DNA of 64,000 nt from Candidatus Poribacteria bacterium. Its GTDB lineage: Bacteria; Poribacteria; WGA-4E; WGA-3G. The translations under genes were made by a program, and so were the position numbers. Shown in pieces: positions 40,424 through 54,515 of this stretch (within the stretch, counting starts at the first letter, position 1; each line of letters opens with the position of its first letter). Where the stretch lies: NCBI GenBank assembly GCA_965205025.1, contig CBDBFU010000027.1, positions 1 to 64,000 of the forward strand, in the 5' to 3' direction. The notes below the pieces were generated by a model, which was given only the letters and a program-made list of their open reading frames with translations, ran no database searches and was not told where the DNA came from.

Positions 40424-43400
40424 CTACTTCAGGATCAACATTTTACGGGTAGCAGAAAACTCGTTTGCAGTGAATACGTAGAAATACACACCACTTGCCA
40501 CTTGCTCACCGATAGCATTGCGTCCATCCCAATAGGCTGCACGGCTCCGGTCTGTGTAGTAGCCCTCGGATTGATGTCCAAGTTTCAAGGTGCGTACCAC
40601 GTTTCCTGTTGTGTTGAAAATCGTAATCTGTACATTGGAATCCGTTGCTAACTGATACGGTATCCATGTTTCCGGATTAAACGGATTGGGATAGTTCGCA
40701 AGCAAACGTGTTTTTTCTGGTGATACGACTTCTAACAGACTCTGTAGATATGCCAGCGTATGTTGTGCTGTGAGCGAGTCGTTGTTGGAAGCAATCAACA
40801 GATCAATTTGCTTCTGAACTTCCTCACGTGATACCTTTGGAAGTTTCGCATCTGCGATTGGTGCAGCGTTGGTATCATCACGGTTATCAAACACAAGGAG
40901 CAGATCAAGGAAATTCACACGACCATCACCGTTGACATCAAGGCGTGCATTATCCGGATTCGTCTCTCCGAGTGCATCTGCTACTAATGCAGCATCTGTG
41001 TTATCAACCACGCCATCCTTATTGACATCGTATTTAGAGAAAGTTCCCGGTGGACGTGTCGGTGTTGTGCCGGCTGGCACAGAGATATCTCCGAGTGAAA
41101 CAAGGTCTGCGACGACAGCCTTGGCAGACTTACCGTTGATGTTGCTCTGCATGATTTTCCCACGGATGTTTGTCCAATACAGCTTTTTACCAGCTACATC
41201 AACGGAAATACCGTAGGGGGCAGCGCTTAATGAAATGAGCTCTTGAACATTACTGCCATCAAGATTAGCACTGTGGATTTTCCCTGCTGAACCGCTGGTT
41301 TCCTCTGTCCAGAACACTTTGCCAGCCCCAACAGCGATACTCCCCAATGTGTTATAACCTCTGGCGATTTGCCTTTCCCCTGATCCATCCACATTTGCCA
41401 AATGCACAGTTCCGCGCTCCGTTATCCAGAATATCTTGCCGGAACCAGTGTCAATCGCAACATCTTTGGGGGTGGTCAGACCGATAATCAGGTTCGCTTC
41501 ATATTGTGAACCGTCTATGTTGATGGCTTGTATCTTCCCGCGTTCGGTTGTAACGTAAATCTTACCGTTGACGGTATCGACAGTAATACCCGCAGGAACG
41601 GTCGAGAGATTCCGAATCAGCTGAATGTTTCCACCATTTAGGTTTGCGCTTCGGATTCTACCACTACTACTGGATGATCTTTCAACCCAGAAGAGTTTGT
41701 TGTTTGTAGCAACAAGACTCACAACATTTTGTACACTGGGAGCAACGGCTTCCACACTGCTGCCAACAAGTCGGTGTATTGTGCCGCTGTCCGTGTTAAT
41801 CCAATATGTATCTGCACGCTGTGATGCTGGCAGACGGATATCGGGTTCTGGGGGTGCTGGGTCTTCCGCTGTGGCGGTAAATGTGACACGATCAGAAACA
41901 CCTGAGACGCTTGCACGGACAGTGTTCCGTCCGGGATCATCCCCGAGGGTGAGGTCTGTTTGTGCACGTCCTCTTGAATTTGTGGTGACCGATGTTGACG
42001 AAAGGCTACCGCCTCCTGCTGTTACGCTAAATGTCACGGTAACACCTGAAACAACATCGTCATCTTCGTCAAGTACTTCAACAACAAGCGGGATTGTTAA
42101 GTTCTGTTCCCGGGTCACCGCGTTGGTTATTACCTGAAACGATCTCAATAGAATCGGCTAAATCACCGACTGTAATGGTAAAGCGAACAGATGAAAGTCC
42201 TGGAACTCTTGCATCTATAAAGTGTGTACCTGCAGCACGTGGTCGGAATTCTGCTTCGGCTTCACCGTTCCGATCGGTTGTTGCACTGCGCGTAACTGTG
42301 CCACTACCTCTTAAACTGAACGTGACGGTTACACCTTGCAGATCGTTACCATCTTCATCTGTGACGTGGACGATGAGGGGTTGGTCAAGATAACGGTTCG
42401 GTGTTCCGCGCTGGTTATTCCCTGAAACGATTACGATATCGCCTGGTACAAGTGCACCTGTAGCGTCAAAGAACACATCTGTCACAGTAGTGATGCCGAC
42501 GCTTGCGCGAACCCTGTTATCTTCGTCATCATCACCTAAGACAAGGTATGCACGCACTTCACCGTTTGTATCACTGTCGACTGTTAAGGTATTACTACCA
42601 CTTGTAGCACTTCCTGAAGTTGAAAGTTCACCATCGCCATCTACGATTGTAAACGTCACCTGTATACCTTGTACAGTAGTCGCAGCATTGGTATCCCGAA
42701 CGACTTTGAGGACAAATGGATCGTCAAGTACTTCGCCGCGATTTCCTTCTTGGTTGTCACCGGAAACGCTATCGCTCCGCGTCTTTCAATAGCCGAATAC
42801 CGAATACCGTAACCGTTGCAGTACCAGTATTCACACCTGTGGTAGACGTCACGGTAGCGGTGATGGTATATTGTCCAGGTGTAGTCGGTAGTCTGAACGT
42901 ATTTGGTGTAGTTGCTGTGCCAGTGACATCTGAGGTTAAGATATACGTACCGACATTCGTTCGATCACTGGTTCTGACCACGTCAAGTATGACACGTTGG
43001 TTCGCTGTCCTTTGTGGCAGCAGTATCCCTGATTGTGTGAGGTGCACCTGGTGCGCCAGAAGTACTCGTTTGTCCAGCGTTATTCGTTTGGATAATAGTG
43101 AGTGTACCTGTCGTTGGTGGTTGTTGCGTACCTGTAGACGATATTGTGAAAGTTACATAGTTTCTTCCACTGACTGTAACATTTGAATCTACAACCACTG
43201 CAGTTACCGTCTGTGTTGTAGGACTTGAAAGAATTCTATATGAATAGGAAGCAATACCGTTACTATCCGTTCTATCTGATCCAATGCGTACATTGTTGTT
43301 ATTGCGGAACTCGACATTAACATTGCGAACAGCTCTCTGGGAACTATCCACAACACGTGCCGACAATGTAACAGAACTGTTAGCAGATCCCGATAAAGAA

Positions 43401-46378
43401 CTTCTGCCCGAGATCTGTATACTTACATCGGTTTGCGTTGGTGTAGGTATTGTGGTACCTGTAACCGTAAGGCTTAGTGTTGCGTCTCTATAGTTTCCTG
43501 CTGTGTCAATGACTTGAGCAGTACGAGTCGTACCAGAAGGAAGATTGGGTATTCTTAGTGTGAAAGACACGGAGCCGTTGGCATCGGTTCGTTTAGCAGG
43601 TACGGTAAACGGTGACAAAATATCAATATTTATGCCTGATTGTCGAGGATTGGTGGTTACACTCACGTTCACGACTTCATTCGGGGCGCCACTAACAGAA
43701 CTTGGAAAAACTACGAGACTTCCTGTTTGTGGTTGCGTAGACCGTTGAACGTTAAGTGTGAGAGGTGCTGTCCTCCCACCAGAAGATACAGTAACGTTAT
43801 GTGTTCCGGTAGTGCTTGGTAAGTTAAAAGTTATTACAGCACGACCGTTGGCATCTGCCGTTCCAGAGGCTAATCCTGGTAGACTAAAACTACCTATCTG
43901 AACTGCTGCATGAGGAGTTGCTCCAGTAACAGTAACACTTACCGATGCCCCAGGTGCTCCTGTCCTTGACGTTGGTGAAACGCGGAGGGTTCCTGTGCCT
44001 GGATCTCGTGTGGTTGTTCCGGTACCATTGATATTAAACGTCACTCGCCGGATTATATCATCATAAACACCTGTTGTAATAGTTGCATGAACGACTCTTG
44101 CCCCTGTTGTTGCACCTACGTTGTATCGAACGGAAGCTTCACCGTTTGCATCCGTTGCGACCGTTATTCTACGATCAGAATTAGCAGGAGTAGGAGTCGA
44201 TGCAGGAGCCTGCCCCGGATCACCAGTTCTACGATCCAGTAATCTTCCACTACTGTCAACAGTGAAAACAACATCTTTACCTTCAACAATGGCCCCTGCA
44301 GCATCTCTAACAATAATAACTAATGGTTCTGCAAGTTCATGGCTCGCGGCAGCGCGTTGATTATTGCCGCTGACGATCTCAATTCTTGCAAGGTCTTCGG
44401 GATCTCCCGCAACAGCAGTGAACTCTCTCCTGTAACCGCCAAATTCAGCCCTAACAGTGTGTCCGCCAGTAGAACCACTCAGCTGCAAAAGAACATTGGC
44501 TCTGCCGCTGTTATCTGTCATAACTGTTGTAGCGGTATCAGCGGCGACAGGAAAACCATCAGCATATAATTCATCGGGGAAATTGGGATCTTTAACTAGT
44601 GTACCTTGCGAGACTGCAGTAAATGTAACTGCTTGTCCAGAAACAGGTCTTGTGCCATCAAGCACTTGAACAACAAAAGGTTCTACAAGATTTGTACTTG
44701 TATTTCCAACCTGATCATCACCGGATACCTTTTTAAAAGTAATTGGTCCGTTGAAATAAGTAACAACTCGTGTCGCACTATCTCCTCCTATAGATCCGCG
44801 AATATGTGCTGTAACCTTAGCTGTAGAATTGGGATTCACACGGACAAATGCGCTGGCGACGCTACCAGAACCAGAACTGACATAGAGGTTGGAAACATAA
44901 TTTGGTCTTGTCAAATCCAAAACATCAGGATCCAAATGAAGGGTTCCACCAGTAATTGAGAGATTAACACCAACATTAGCGGCACTTGTTGCAATACTAA
45001 TCAGGCTTCCCTGCGTATATTGAGTACCTCCATAGGTCTGTGGTGTTGGTGTTGTACCGGTTGAAGCAATAGTCGCACCCCTTGCTGCATCACTACTTAA
45101 CGCTTCTACTACATAAGCGGTGAAAGTTTGTGATGCTGTAGTACCACTAACAGGACCAGAAGGTACACTTGCAGTTACAGTAGTTGGAGCAGCAGTAGTA
45201 GGTAGATTACTGTAGTTTACGCGCGCCCTACCGCTTCCATCTGTTAAAATCTCAATTGAATTCACGTTTCCAGATGTTGATCGGAAGCCAGTCTGGCCAG
45301 ATGGAGTTGCAACTGTATACGTAACTGTCTGACCGGAAACACCCCGATTGTTTGTCCCGCTATCTACAACTCTCACCTCAAGAGGTGTATTTAGACCACC
45401 AGCACCAACATTTTGTACCTGACTATTACCGGACACTCTTTGAATTTCTACTTTACCATAAAAAATCGTAACTTCATGTGTTGCCCCACTCTGCGTAGAA
45501 CCAGGAATTGTCACCCTAACCTTGGAAGTAGAGGCTGAACTTGCTTGGTATGTCACAGCAGCAACACCGCTACTGTCAGTGAAAGCGGTAATTGTTCTGG
45601 AACCGGAATTCAAACTTGTATGTATTCTTGACCCACTCACATAATAATAATCCCCGCTTGTCGGTTCGGTTGTATAGAGATTTCCACTTCCGGTACTAAT
45701 AGTAAACTGAACCTTGGTCCATGCGGATGCAGTAGTACCGTCGGTAGATGCCGTAACTTCAATTCTTTTGGCGCTCGCTCTGGCAAGTGTCTGGGGTGAT
45801 GCAGTTTGAGCTGAAAATGAGTAAAAATTAGTTTGACTACGGTTCCGGACAACATAAGCACTGATTGTTTTAGTCTCAGGATCACTATCATCATCCCAAT
45901 CTGGATCTACTGCTACTTCAAAAAGTCCATAGTCGGTAACACTATAGTTGACAGTAATAGTACCAGACCAACGCCACGCTTCAGTCCATGCAGTCCGGGC
46001 GTCAGGATCTGTTATAGAAGCGGGTGGATCAGGGGCAGTAAAAGTAATTCTTGCAGTCCCATCACCATCACTTGCTCCTACCGGTGCATCTGGTACATCT
46101 ATTGACCTTGCAGCGGCAGGACTACTATAAGTAATATCGATTGTATCACCAGTTGCCGCTCTGTTTACTCGAATGTTAAAGGAACGTTGAATTGGATCTG
46201 TAGACGACGGATCATCGGATACCTCAATGAACGTGACCCCAGCAGTTGAGGACGTAATAGCATTATCCCCACTGACTGATAAACTCTGTGCGTCTGCCAC
46301 GCCGTGCACACCAACTGCCAACACCAATGCTATGAGTATGCAGAGGACGGACTTTCGTGTGAAAAATGTGTTATTCAT
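40424..46378 (-). CDS. Giant (~1980 aa) secreted surface protein: Big-1/Ig-like repeats, YWTD/LDLR-B propeller, dockerin-like motif, FlgD/T9SS-like C-terminus; split by about 3 frameshifts
   Basis: Signal peptide MNNTFFTRK..VADAQ; repeated IVSGNNQ..PLVV.V.D...V.VTF units across four consecutive ORFs; KLYWT/KIFWI; DVNKDGVVD..DVNGDG; LLANYPNPFNPETWIPYQLA..ATRKMLILK. Confidence 0.8.
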
Positions 46379-46753
46379 TATATGTCTCCTGAATATAAAA
46401 TATATAATGTCTTCTGATAATGGTTTCTGAAAAGTGAAAAGGTTTTACGTAATCTTGTGTTTCTTCAATAACGGTAGGGCAGTTTCCTATTTTCGCATGC
46501 CCGGTAGGTTCGGTTTCCCGGGGAATGCCTAATGGCATTCATACCGTTGATTCACCGAACCGGGTTTGTTCCAATTGCGTACATAAAGTTTTTCGCGAAG
46601 GATCCAGTGCGATTAGGAAATCGCACCTACCGGTCTGGGAAAACCACTAAATTGACGCCTATATGGCATTCATACCGTTGATTCACCGCACCTACCGTAA
46701 ATCATAAATATCGCGATCAGGAGGTTGCTCCTACAGAATGTATTCTTGTGTAT

Positions 46754-46791
46754 ATAAAGTAAGGACATTGCAAGCAATGTCCTTACTTTAT
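46754..46791. terminator. 18-bp perfect hairpin downstream of the left lamin-tail gene
   Basis: ATAAAGTAAGGACATTGC-AA-GCAATGTCCTTACTTTAT; inverted twin at 61836-61873. Confidence 0.65.
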
Positions 46792-46954
46792 TGAATAGCT
46801 TAGGTTAGCTAAGTATTCCCATTAGGAAACTGTTGTACCGGTTTCTCAACAGCCTCCTAACTGGGGAATAGTTTTAGTTAGATTTCCTACAGTAAGGATA
46901 CTGCAGCATCCTTACTGAGAGGAGAATTGGTTAAATTATCCCTGAAATTCAACC

Positions 46955-49900
46955 TTATTGTGAAGCTTTTAGCTCACTCCACGTCGTTGTAAGTCTGTTC
47001 TTCGCTGAGATGAGGCCTTTCAACTTGGTTATAGCAAGTGCTTGGCGTTCACCGGCGAAGGATACATCTTCAATCTGGTAGTAGTACACAACACCTGGTT
47101 TGGCGGTCTGATCAACCCATTTATAGGTGTTACGTTCACCTGTTGTACCAGCACCTTCGATAAGCTCAGCGTTGACCTGTTTGTACTCACCGTTCCGAGT
47201 ATCACTACGTAGGATATTAAATCCAGCGTTGTCAAGTTCGGATTCGGTTGTCCAACGGACAGTCACTTTACCATCTTCAAGTGTTGGACGGAAGTGTGAT
47301 AATTCAACAGGTAGCACCATACCCGGACGGTTTCCAGGTGTACCGTAATCATCTTCAACACCAAACCAAGTAGACTTGATAGTGATTTTGAATTCCCGTT
47401 CAGTATTCACAGCAGGAATCCAACTATACTTCGCATCAATCTCACCTGGCGTTTTGACTGTCTTGTCACCGGTACCCATGATTGGCTGAACATTACTTTC
47501 TGCTGTGTTCACACCAGCGCGTGCAACGCCTGGTTCGCCGCCAAGACCATCAGCATCATCATAGATACGTATGATAGAAGTACGGTTACCGTCAGCAGCT
47601 ACGCCTGCGGGGAACTCCCATTCAGCATCATCACTGGTTCGGGCATCACCGTCAAGGTTACCAACCATGTCTGCTACATCGCCAGCATTGTCAACAAGTG
47701 CGATATTGAATGCTTTCGGATTGAAGAACATATAACGTGTGTTTGCACCGAATTTATTCGCGCCACCATAATCTCTGAAGACATTGAAGACACGATTGTC
47801 ATTAAACACATCGCCACCAGTTGCAGAGTCACTATTTGCCTGTCTGGCATTACCCGCAACAATCAGAACTGTCTGTTGTGGGAGAATAGTTTTCACTCTA
47901 CCTTTATCTTTGAAACTAAGAGACAGTAGACTATCCATCGGATTGCCATCAGCATCAAGCATTTCAAAGACCAGTTTCCAGCCTTCGCCGAGATCAACAG
48001 CGTTTGTCGGTGAACTGTTGTAAAGCTCAATCCACTGTGGTAATATCGGATTTTCGGGGTTAGGACCGGTGGAATACATGATCTCACTGATGGTCACTGA
48101 AGCATCCGCAGCTTTGGTCTTAACGATACCAGAATTTACAACACTGTTACCGTCGTATCCCGGTGTGCCGTTGTGATAACTGACACGTGCTCTGGCTGTG
48201 CGCCTATAACCGATACCGGTATAAATTGCATCACGGAAAGCGTAGTGTCCAACACCTTCATCTTTGTGTGTGACACCTGTACCTGCACGGTTACCGGGTG
48301 TTCCACCATCAGCATCATTTTTCGCATAAGTAGAAACGTGTTGACGGAAACGAACTCTGTTTACCTCAAGACGATTATGACGTCTGTGATTCAGGTCACC
48401 ATGCCCATAATGTGGTCTCATGTCACCGTTGAAGTTCCACAATGGCCAGAGGGTCGTACTATTGAGACCTGATGGCGTTGATGCTGGATAGTTGGATTTA
48501 TCCAATCCTGTATGGGACCCGGCAATATCCATGATTTTGTCAATATCATGTTCACCAACATCAGCAACACCCTCACCGTCGTTACCACCTGTATTAGACC
48601 TATTACCGTTATATTTGTCATGTCTACGCAGGATCAGTATATAATCGCCACCATTAGGCAGACCACCATTTTCAAAAGTTATCACTTTTTGTCTCGGCGG
48701 TTTACGATTACTGTTATCTCCTTCAACAAGACCCAAACCATCTGCCTGATCACTTGCATGTGCAATATCAACGTTCAGACCGACAGCGATCGGGTGATCA
48801 TCGTCATATCGCGGATCCGTAGCAAGTAATAGAAGAACTTCTCCAGGTTCAATCTGTGCATTATCGTCATTCGGAAATTGAACCAATGGGAGGTCAGTTC
48901 CAACAGCAGTTACCATTGAAATCATCCAGTTCCGTAAATTGACCTTGCTACTACCGACGTTCTTGAGTTCAATCCATTCATACTCGGCATTAGCATTGTC
49001 ACGGTTAGCAACTTCATTGATAATAACAGTAGGTTCACTTCTGAAGATGGTCTTACCGTTACCATCCTTCTGTCCCGTATCTACCCTTGCAACCATTGTT
49101 GTACGTTCACGTGTGCTCGCTCTTGAAAGATTAATGCTATGTGGACGACCCCGGTGAACCTATATAATGATAAAGCGCATTATCGGTATCGCTTCTTGTT
49201 GTTGATGCAAGATACTCTCTATCAGATTCATGCCAATGACCCGCTGATGTACCATTTACATAACCGCGGTTTTTATCGCCAACATAACTTCTGTGCATAG
49301 AGATAAAGTTCACACCTGTATAACTATTACCGTTCTGCCCCTTACTATTATTGTCCGTGCTGTCATCTTCCTCCCGAACTGCCCACGCTGCAGAACCAGG
49401 ACTACCGTTATAGGCATTACCAATTCTATCTTTTACACCTTCGTTATGGGTAACAGCAGAATCTAAACCAGTTCTGGCATACAGGAAGATTTCAACAGCT
49501 TTTCCTGTATCATTACTAAGTTCAATCCACTGTTCAGCAGCTTCTTCGTCGTTAGTGGCACCACGCATGGATAGATCAGATGCCCACATCACTTCAGAAA
49601 TACGGACAGTTTCTCTTTGGTTCTCGCCACCATACGGTACCTGATTAGCGAGGTTTGATTGCCCCGGTGCTTCTTTTAAGTTCAGTGTGCCACCAAACCC
49701 TTGATTAGTACCGGAAGGTTTAAGCCTAAAGAGCACTTCTAAATCAGGCATATTACACCAAACAACTGTTTCAATATTTGGAGCAGGCGTCGGGGGTTGT
49801 TGGTTAACTGGGAGTCTCGGTTGATCTGAAAGATAATCATAAGTCATTCCTGCTGTTTTGGTGACAACCATAATTGTGTTGACGGGAATATGGAATATGG

Positions 49901-51866
49901 GACCAACATTAAATGGCATCTTTTTCTCTGCGTTCCCATTCCCCGCGTCATCGTGCACTACATTCGCCTTTACCACGACTTCCACGGTCGTCTCACCGAT
50001 GTTTGGGATAAGCGTGAAGGTTGCAGTTTTTGGATTCGCGCTCGCATTCCATTTGAAACTACCTGCCTTTATGCTGCCTCTATTCACATCAACTTCATTT
50101 CTAGCAATTGCTGCGTTGCTTGCCAGAGCTACATTGTCCATCGGTGTAATAGTGATCATTGCACCATCAAGTGAATCAACATCACCAGCTTTATTAGGCG
50201 CTACAGGCTCTGGACAAAGGTCGGTATATTGAACAAGATTGCGTGCCGCAATTGTAACAGTCGGAGCATCACCTTCTGGGTTATATACACCTTCCGCACC
50301 GGGTGTGCGATTACCTGCCAGGTCTTGTGCAGCATTAGCTCTCACTTCAACCCTGACTGCTGTATTCGCTGCTCTGGGACGGACATATAACGTGTAACTC
50401 TCTGCAGAATCTCCGTGTGCGGTGGTATCCTTCGTAAGATCGCCATCGGCTAACGGATACGCATCACCAGTATCAATATCAATATCATTGATCGTAAGTG
50501 CTGGAATTTCTGCGGTAAGGTCAGTACGAGTAGAATAAAGTTTTTCGTTAGAAAGAATTCTGAACATCAACAAACCTTTTTCGTTACGATCAGTCGTAGC
50601 TGGATCATCTACAGCGGTGGGTGCTCCAGGCGGTACAACTGTCAATACCGGTGAATCGTTATCTATAACATGAACCGTCACCGTTTCAGATTTTGCGTCC
50701 GATGTCATACCGTTGTTGTTTGTGATCGCTCCTGCTTCAACTGTTAATTTCACATCTCCAGCAGCAGCAGGCGTAACTGTTATTGTCGTTACCATACCAG
50801 CTGTAGCGAAGTTTTTAATGGTTCCGCCTTCAACTGAAACCTCATTGAAGGACAGAACTAAATCCGCACCGGTACCAGCAACAGTATCACTAACAGTTAC
50901 AGTAAACGTGACATCTGTAGTTGCCAAGTCAGAGGCTGCGATCGGACCCGTTGACGGAGCAGGATCGTTCTTTGCAATGGCTACTGTTGGTTTTGTGGTT
51001 ACAGGTGCATCTGGTAAAAAAGGAACGAGTGTAAAGATATCCGGCGTCCCCGTGCACTATTATCAGCATTTCGACTTGATGGAAGGTTGTTCCAACGTGC
51101 AAGTGGATCTACTGCTCGAAAATCGGGCAACGCTTGTGCAGAACCACCTTCTACGACTACTTCAAACAGAATGTTTTTCCCGTCAATAGCGGGTTCCGTA
51201 GAAGCATCGTCTCCAGCTGCCTCTGCAGCCACTGGCAGTGCCCCGTTAGCAAGCGTAAATGTTACATCAAACATCCTTTTAGAATTATTTGCTGTAGCAG
51301 TATCATTGTCCGTATCAACAGGAGCAAATGCAACACTACTTATAGCAGTCGTGAGACTTCCAAAACCACCGCCAGTAGCAGCACCGTAATAAAGCAGCTC
51401 ATTGGTTCCTTCAACACCGATTTTGACGGTGAGTAGATCGCCCAAGGGTTCCGCCATCAGATGTAAATAAACCATCAACAGTAGTGGGTGCCTCGTAAAG
51501 CACGTCTTCACTAAATGTAATTCTAAAGGTAGCAGCAGTTACTGCTGGATAAACAGCAGAATCAGGATCCATTAGGCGTGTGGTTGCGACCCTAGCCAGT
51601 ACATACGTTGTACCACCAAATGTTATGGAGGTAGCTGGTTCAGCATCAGCACCGGTAGCTCCAACAGTAACCGTCGGATGGTCACCTAAGACGTGATCTG
51701 CTGTGGGTGCATTTACCAAGTTACCGTCTGCATCAGTATCAGTGTGTGAGTTATCATCTGCATTTTCATGTGCCATCACAGATGTTCCAACAAACACACC
51801 CCCAAGTGCAAGCAGTAAAATTAAAGTTGTTATACAATATGTCAATTTATTTGACAATAACATCAT
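46955..51866 (-). CDS. Large (~1630 aa) secreted lamin-tail-domain/Ig-like surface protein, left copy; split by about 3 frameshifts
   Basis: Starts MMLLSNKLTYCITT like 56868..61673; VRISEVMWA, VIINEVAN..EWIELKN, ISEIMY..QWIELYN LTD motifs; ends LPVELSHF...LTTTWSELKASQ; four ORFs collinear with the intact paralogue. Confidence 0.85.
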
Positions 51867-52001
51867 ATACTCCTTATAAAGTTGTTGAATTCAAGTTAAA
51901 GATTCAGGGAAAATTAAATCTTCTTAACCTAATCTTCTAAACTAAATTAAACAGACAGGGATAACCTGTTTGTCTGTCTTTTGATTGATTTCGCTATTTT
52001 G

Positions 52002-52031
52002 AATTAGACAAAAGGGGATTTTTGTCTAATT
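52002..52031. other. Left recombination site: 12-bp perfect arms around a 6-bp asymmetric core
   Basis: AATTAGACAAAA-GGGGAT-TTTTGTCTAATT. Confidence 0.8.
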
Positions 52032-52177
52032 GCGTCAATTCACGGTAGTCAATCATCTTCACATTGGATTGTCGAAGCTAAACTTTTCTTAGGTCTGTTG
52101 CTTCGTTCCAATCCACAATATCCTTAAACTTATGTTGCAGTCGGTGTTTAGAACCGTTATCCGCAAACTTGTCAGTA

Positions 52178-52206
52178 ATTATAGGTTATTAATAATATAA
52201 TGTCAA
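52178..52206 (-). promoter_or_regulatory. Consensus sigma70 promoter P1 inside the putative invertible segment, pointing at the left operon
   Basis: TTGACA-TTATATTATTAATAACC(17)-TATAAT on the minus strand. Confidence 0.85.
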
Positions 52207-52434
52207 ATGTTTTTTCTATTGTTTATGTATTAAACATTAGAACCGGGGCTTCAATCTGTTTAAAATTCTGTTTTTCAATGTTGTGTGTATGCTTTTCTGT
52301 ACCCGTTCTATACACCGTTTCGGCTGTACCGTTTTTGAAGTTCCCCTATGAACAGATTTTCATTTTAACATTATTAAAAAATTTAATCAACAATTTTTTT
52401 GCGTTTTATTACTTTATACGCACAATTGTGGATT

Positions 52435-52463
52435 ATTATACACTATTATACGTTTTATGTCAA
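52435..52463 (-). promoter_or_regulatory. Consensus sigma70 promoter P2, tandem with P1
   Basis: TTGACA-TAAAACGTATAATAGTG(17)-TATAAT on the minus strand. Confidence 0.8.
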
Positions 52464-52689
52464 GCAATAATTACAAAAAAACATACACCTCTGTTTAAAT
52501 AGAGTGTTTTACATTTATGACGGTTTGTTAGGTTTGTATCCTAACATTCCCGTATTATACATTATATATATACGTTATAAGTCAAATAATGGATACAAAA
52601 AAATTGAAAAAAGTTTCTGAACGATGGATTACGCGGATTTCACGGAGAAGAGGAAAGCCCGGGGCTTATTGTTTTGCGTTTTTACGTTT

Positions 52690-53790
52690 TCTACACACCT
52701 TTCGCCCCTCTGGGGCTTACGGTATTGGTGATAACGACTTCTATAAACATTCCGTCCCTACGGGACTCAAGAACATGGATCAAGCATTTTTGCTATAGAC
52801 ATTTCGTTCCTACGGAACTCAGGAATATGGAGCAAATATCTTTGCTATAAACATTTCGTAGACAGGTCTATTGAAGACACCCATGTGTTTTTAGAACGGA
52901 TATAGTCCCGTAGGGACGGAATGTCTATAGAAAACGTGTGTATCCCCATAAGTGAGTCCCGTAGGGACGGAATGTCTATATCAACATATAGGTGGAGTTT
53001 TCAAGAGACGTATGATCTTCTAAGAATCGCTCTCTAACACTGGATGAAAAATATATCTTTCATCATAATCAACATTAAATCGTTTTAACAACTCAATATA
53101 TTCTTCTCTAAACGACTTCTGCTTATGGTGCTTTTCTTGATTAAGGATATAATTTGATACACTCTCTATTTGTGAATGTGCGTAAGTAAAGGCAGAATAA
53201 CCTTCTTGCCATTTGAATTGACCGGCAACCCATTGCTTCTTGTTTATGAATCGTGATGAATTTGCTTTAATATCTTTTACCAATTCCGATAGTGCCATTG
53301 AAGGATCTATACCAACAAAAATGTGTATATGGTCTGGCATAGAATTGATTTGGATCACTTTATGTTTATTATTGGTGATTATACCTGTAATGAATTTGTG
53401 AAGTTCTTCTTTATGTTCCTTCGGAATTAGGTTTTGACGATGTTCAACTGCAAAAACAATATGTATATATAATTGTGTATATGTGTTTGCCATAGTATTA
53501 CTCCTTACGGTTTGTATTTTATCATTTTGTCCTTACCCAATCAACGAGAAATGTGCTATAGACATTCCGTCCCTACGGGACTCAAGAATATGGAGCAAAT
53601 ATCTTTGCTATAGACATTCCGTTCCTACGGAACTCAGGAATATGGAGCAAACATCTTTTCTATAAACATTTCGTAGATAGGTTTATTGAATACTCCCATG
53701 TGTTTTTAGAATGGATACAGTCCCGTAGGGACGGAATGTCTATATCAACATATAGGTGGAGTTTTCAAGACACGTATGATCTTCTATAAA
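52690..53790. repeat. REP-like palindromes flanking tnpA on both sides
   Basis: CTATA(A/G)ACATT(C/T)CGT(C/T)CCTACGG(G/A)ACTC at 52741, 52793, 53556, 53608 and inverted at ~52904, ~52955, ~53719. Confidence 0.85.
53020..53493 (-). mobile_element. tnpA: IS200/IS605-family Y1 (HUH) transposase, probably REP-associated (RAYT)
   Basis: YTQLYIHIVF, MPDHIHI (HUH), KANSSRFIN, FKWQEGY, NYILNQEKHH; embedded in REP arrays; no tnpB. Confidence 0.88.
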
Positions 53791-53958
53791 CATTTCGTAG
53801 ATAGGTCTATTCACCCAGGTGTCTTTACATCCGCTGAAGTATATGTTTCTACAGGTTGAGTATTAGGAAAGTTGACTCTAACTATTCAATTTCAATGGTA
53901 TGAAATAGTATAGCCAAAGAAGGTATTTACAGATTAATAGCAGAAAAAGATAATAGTA

Positions 53959-54210
53959 TTAGGAGAGATTGACAAGATGATGCCCACGTTCAAGTTTAAC
54001 CTGATGTAAATCAAATTCAACAAGTCGAATTACACCCGGTTCATCGTCATATACTACACCGATAGATGCAATTGTTTCTTCGGTTCCTAAAGGATCTTTA
54101 AATTCAACTATATCACGGACTTTTCCAGGATTCCCGTCAACAACAATTCTATCACCAACATTTAAGTCTTTTACATTCTGGAAAGGAATATACTTTATAG
54201 TATCTGTCAT
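53959..54210 (-). CDS. Small hypothetical protein (possibly an SH3/KOW-like beta-barrel)
   Basis: 83-aa ORF with AAGGA RBS; DLNVGDRIVVDG..GKV. Confidence 0.55.
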   Translation of the reverse strand: MTDTIKYIPFQNVKDLNVGDRIVVDGNPGKVRDIVEFKDPLGTEETIASIGVVYDDEPGVIRLVEFDLHQVKLERGHHLVNLS

Positions 54211-54515
54211 TTTAGATTCCTTATAATATTATATTTGAATATATGAAATAGGATTGTCAGGATGTAAATTACAAATTGAATCTGTATTGCCAAATTACTT
54301 TACTGAACTAACAAGTAGTTTTATTTTGAAATACAATAGACGGTAAAGAAATAATCAACACATTCTGATTATAAACTATAAAGTTCAAAATGTCAAATTA
54401 CAATTCATTCTTATACCATTTCCAATTGATAGATTTACATTATGATTTAAGTAAAACAGGGACAATCATATACAGATCTATGAGTCCTGGGCTAATTTCT
54501 TTTTTATTTGCTTTT

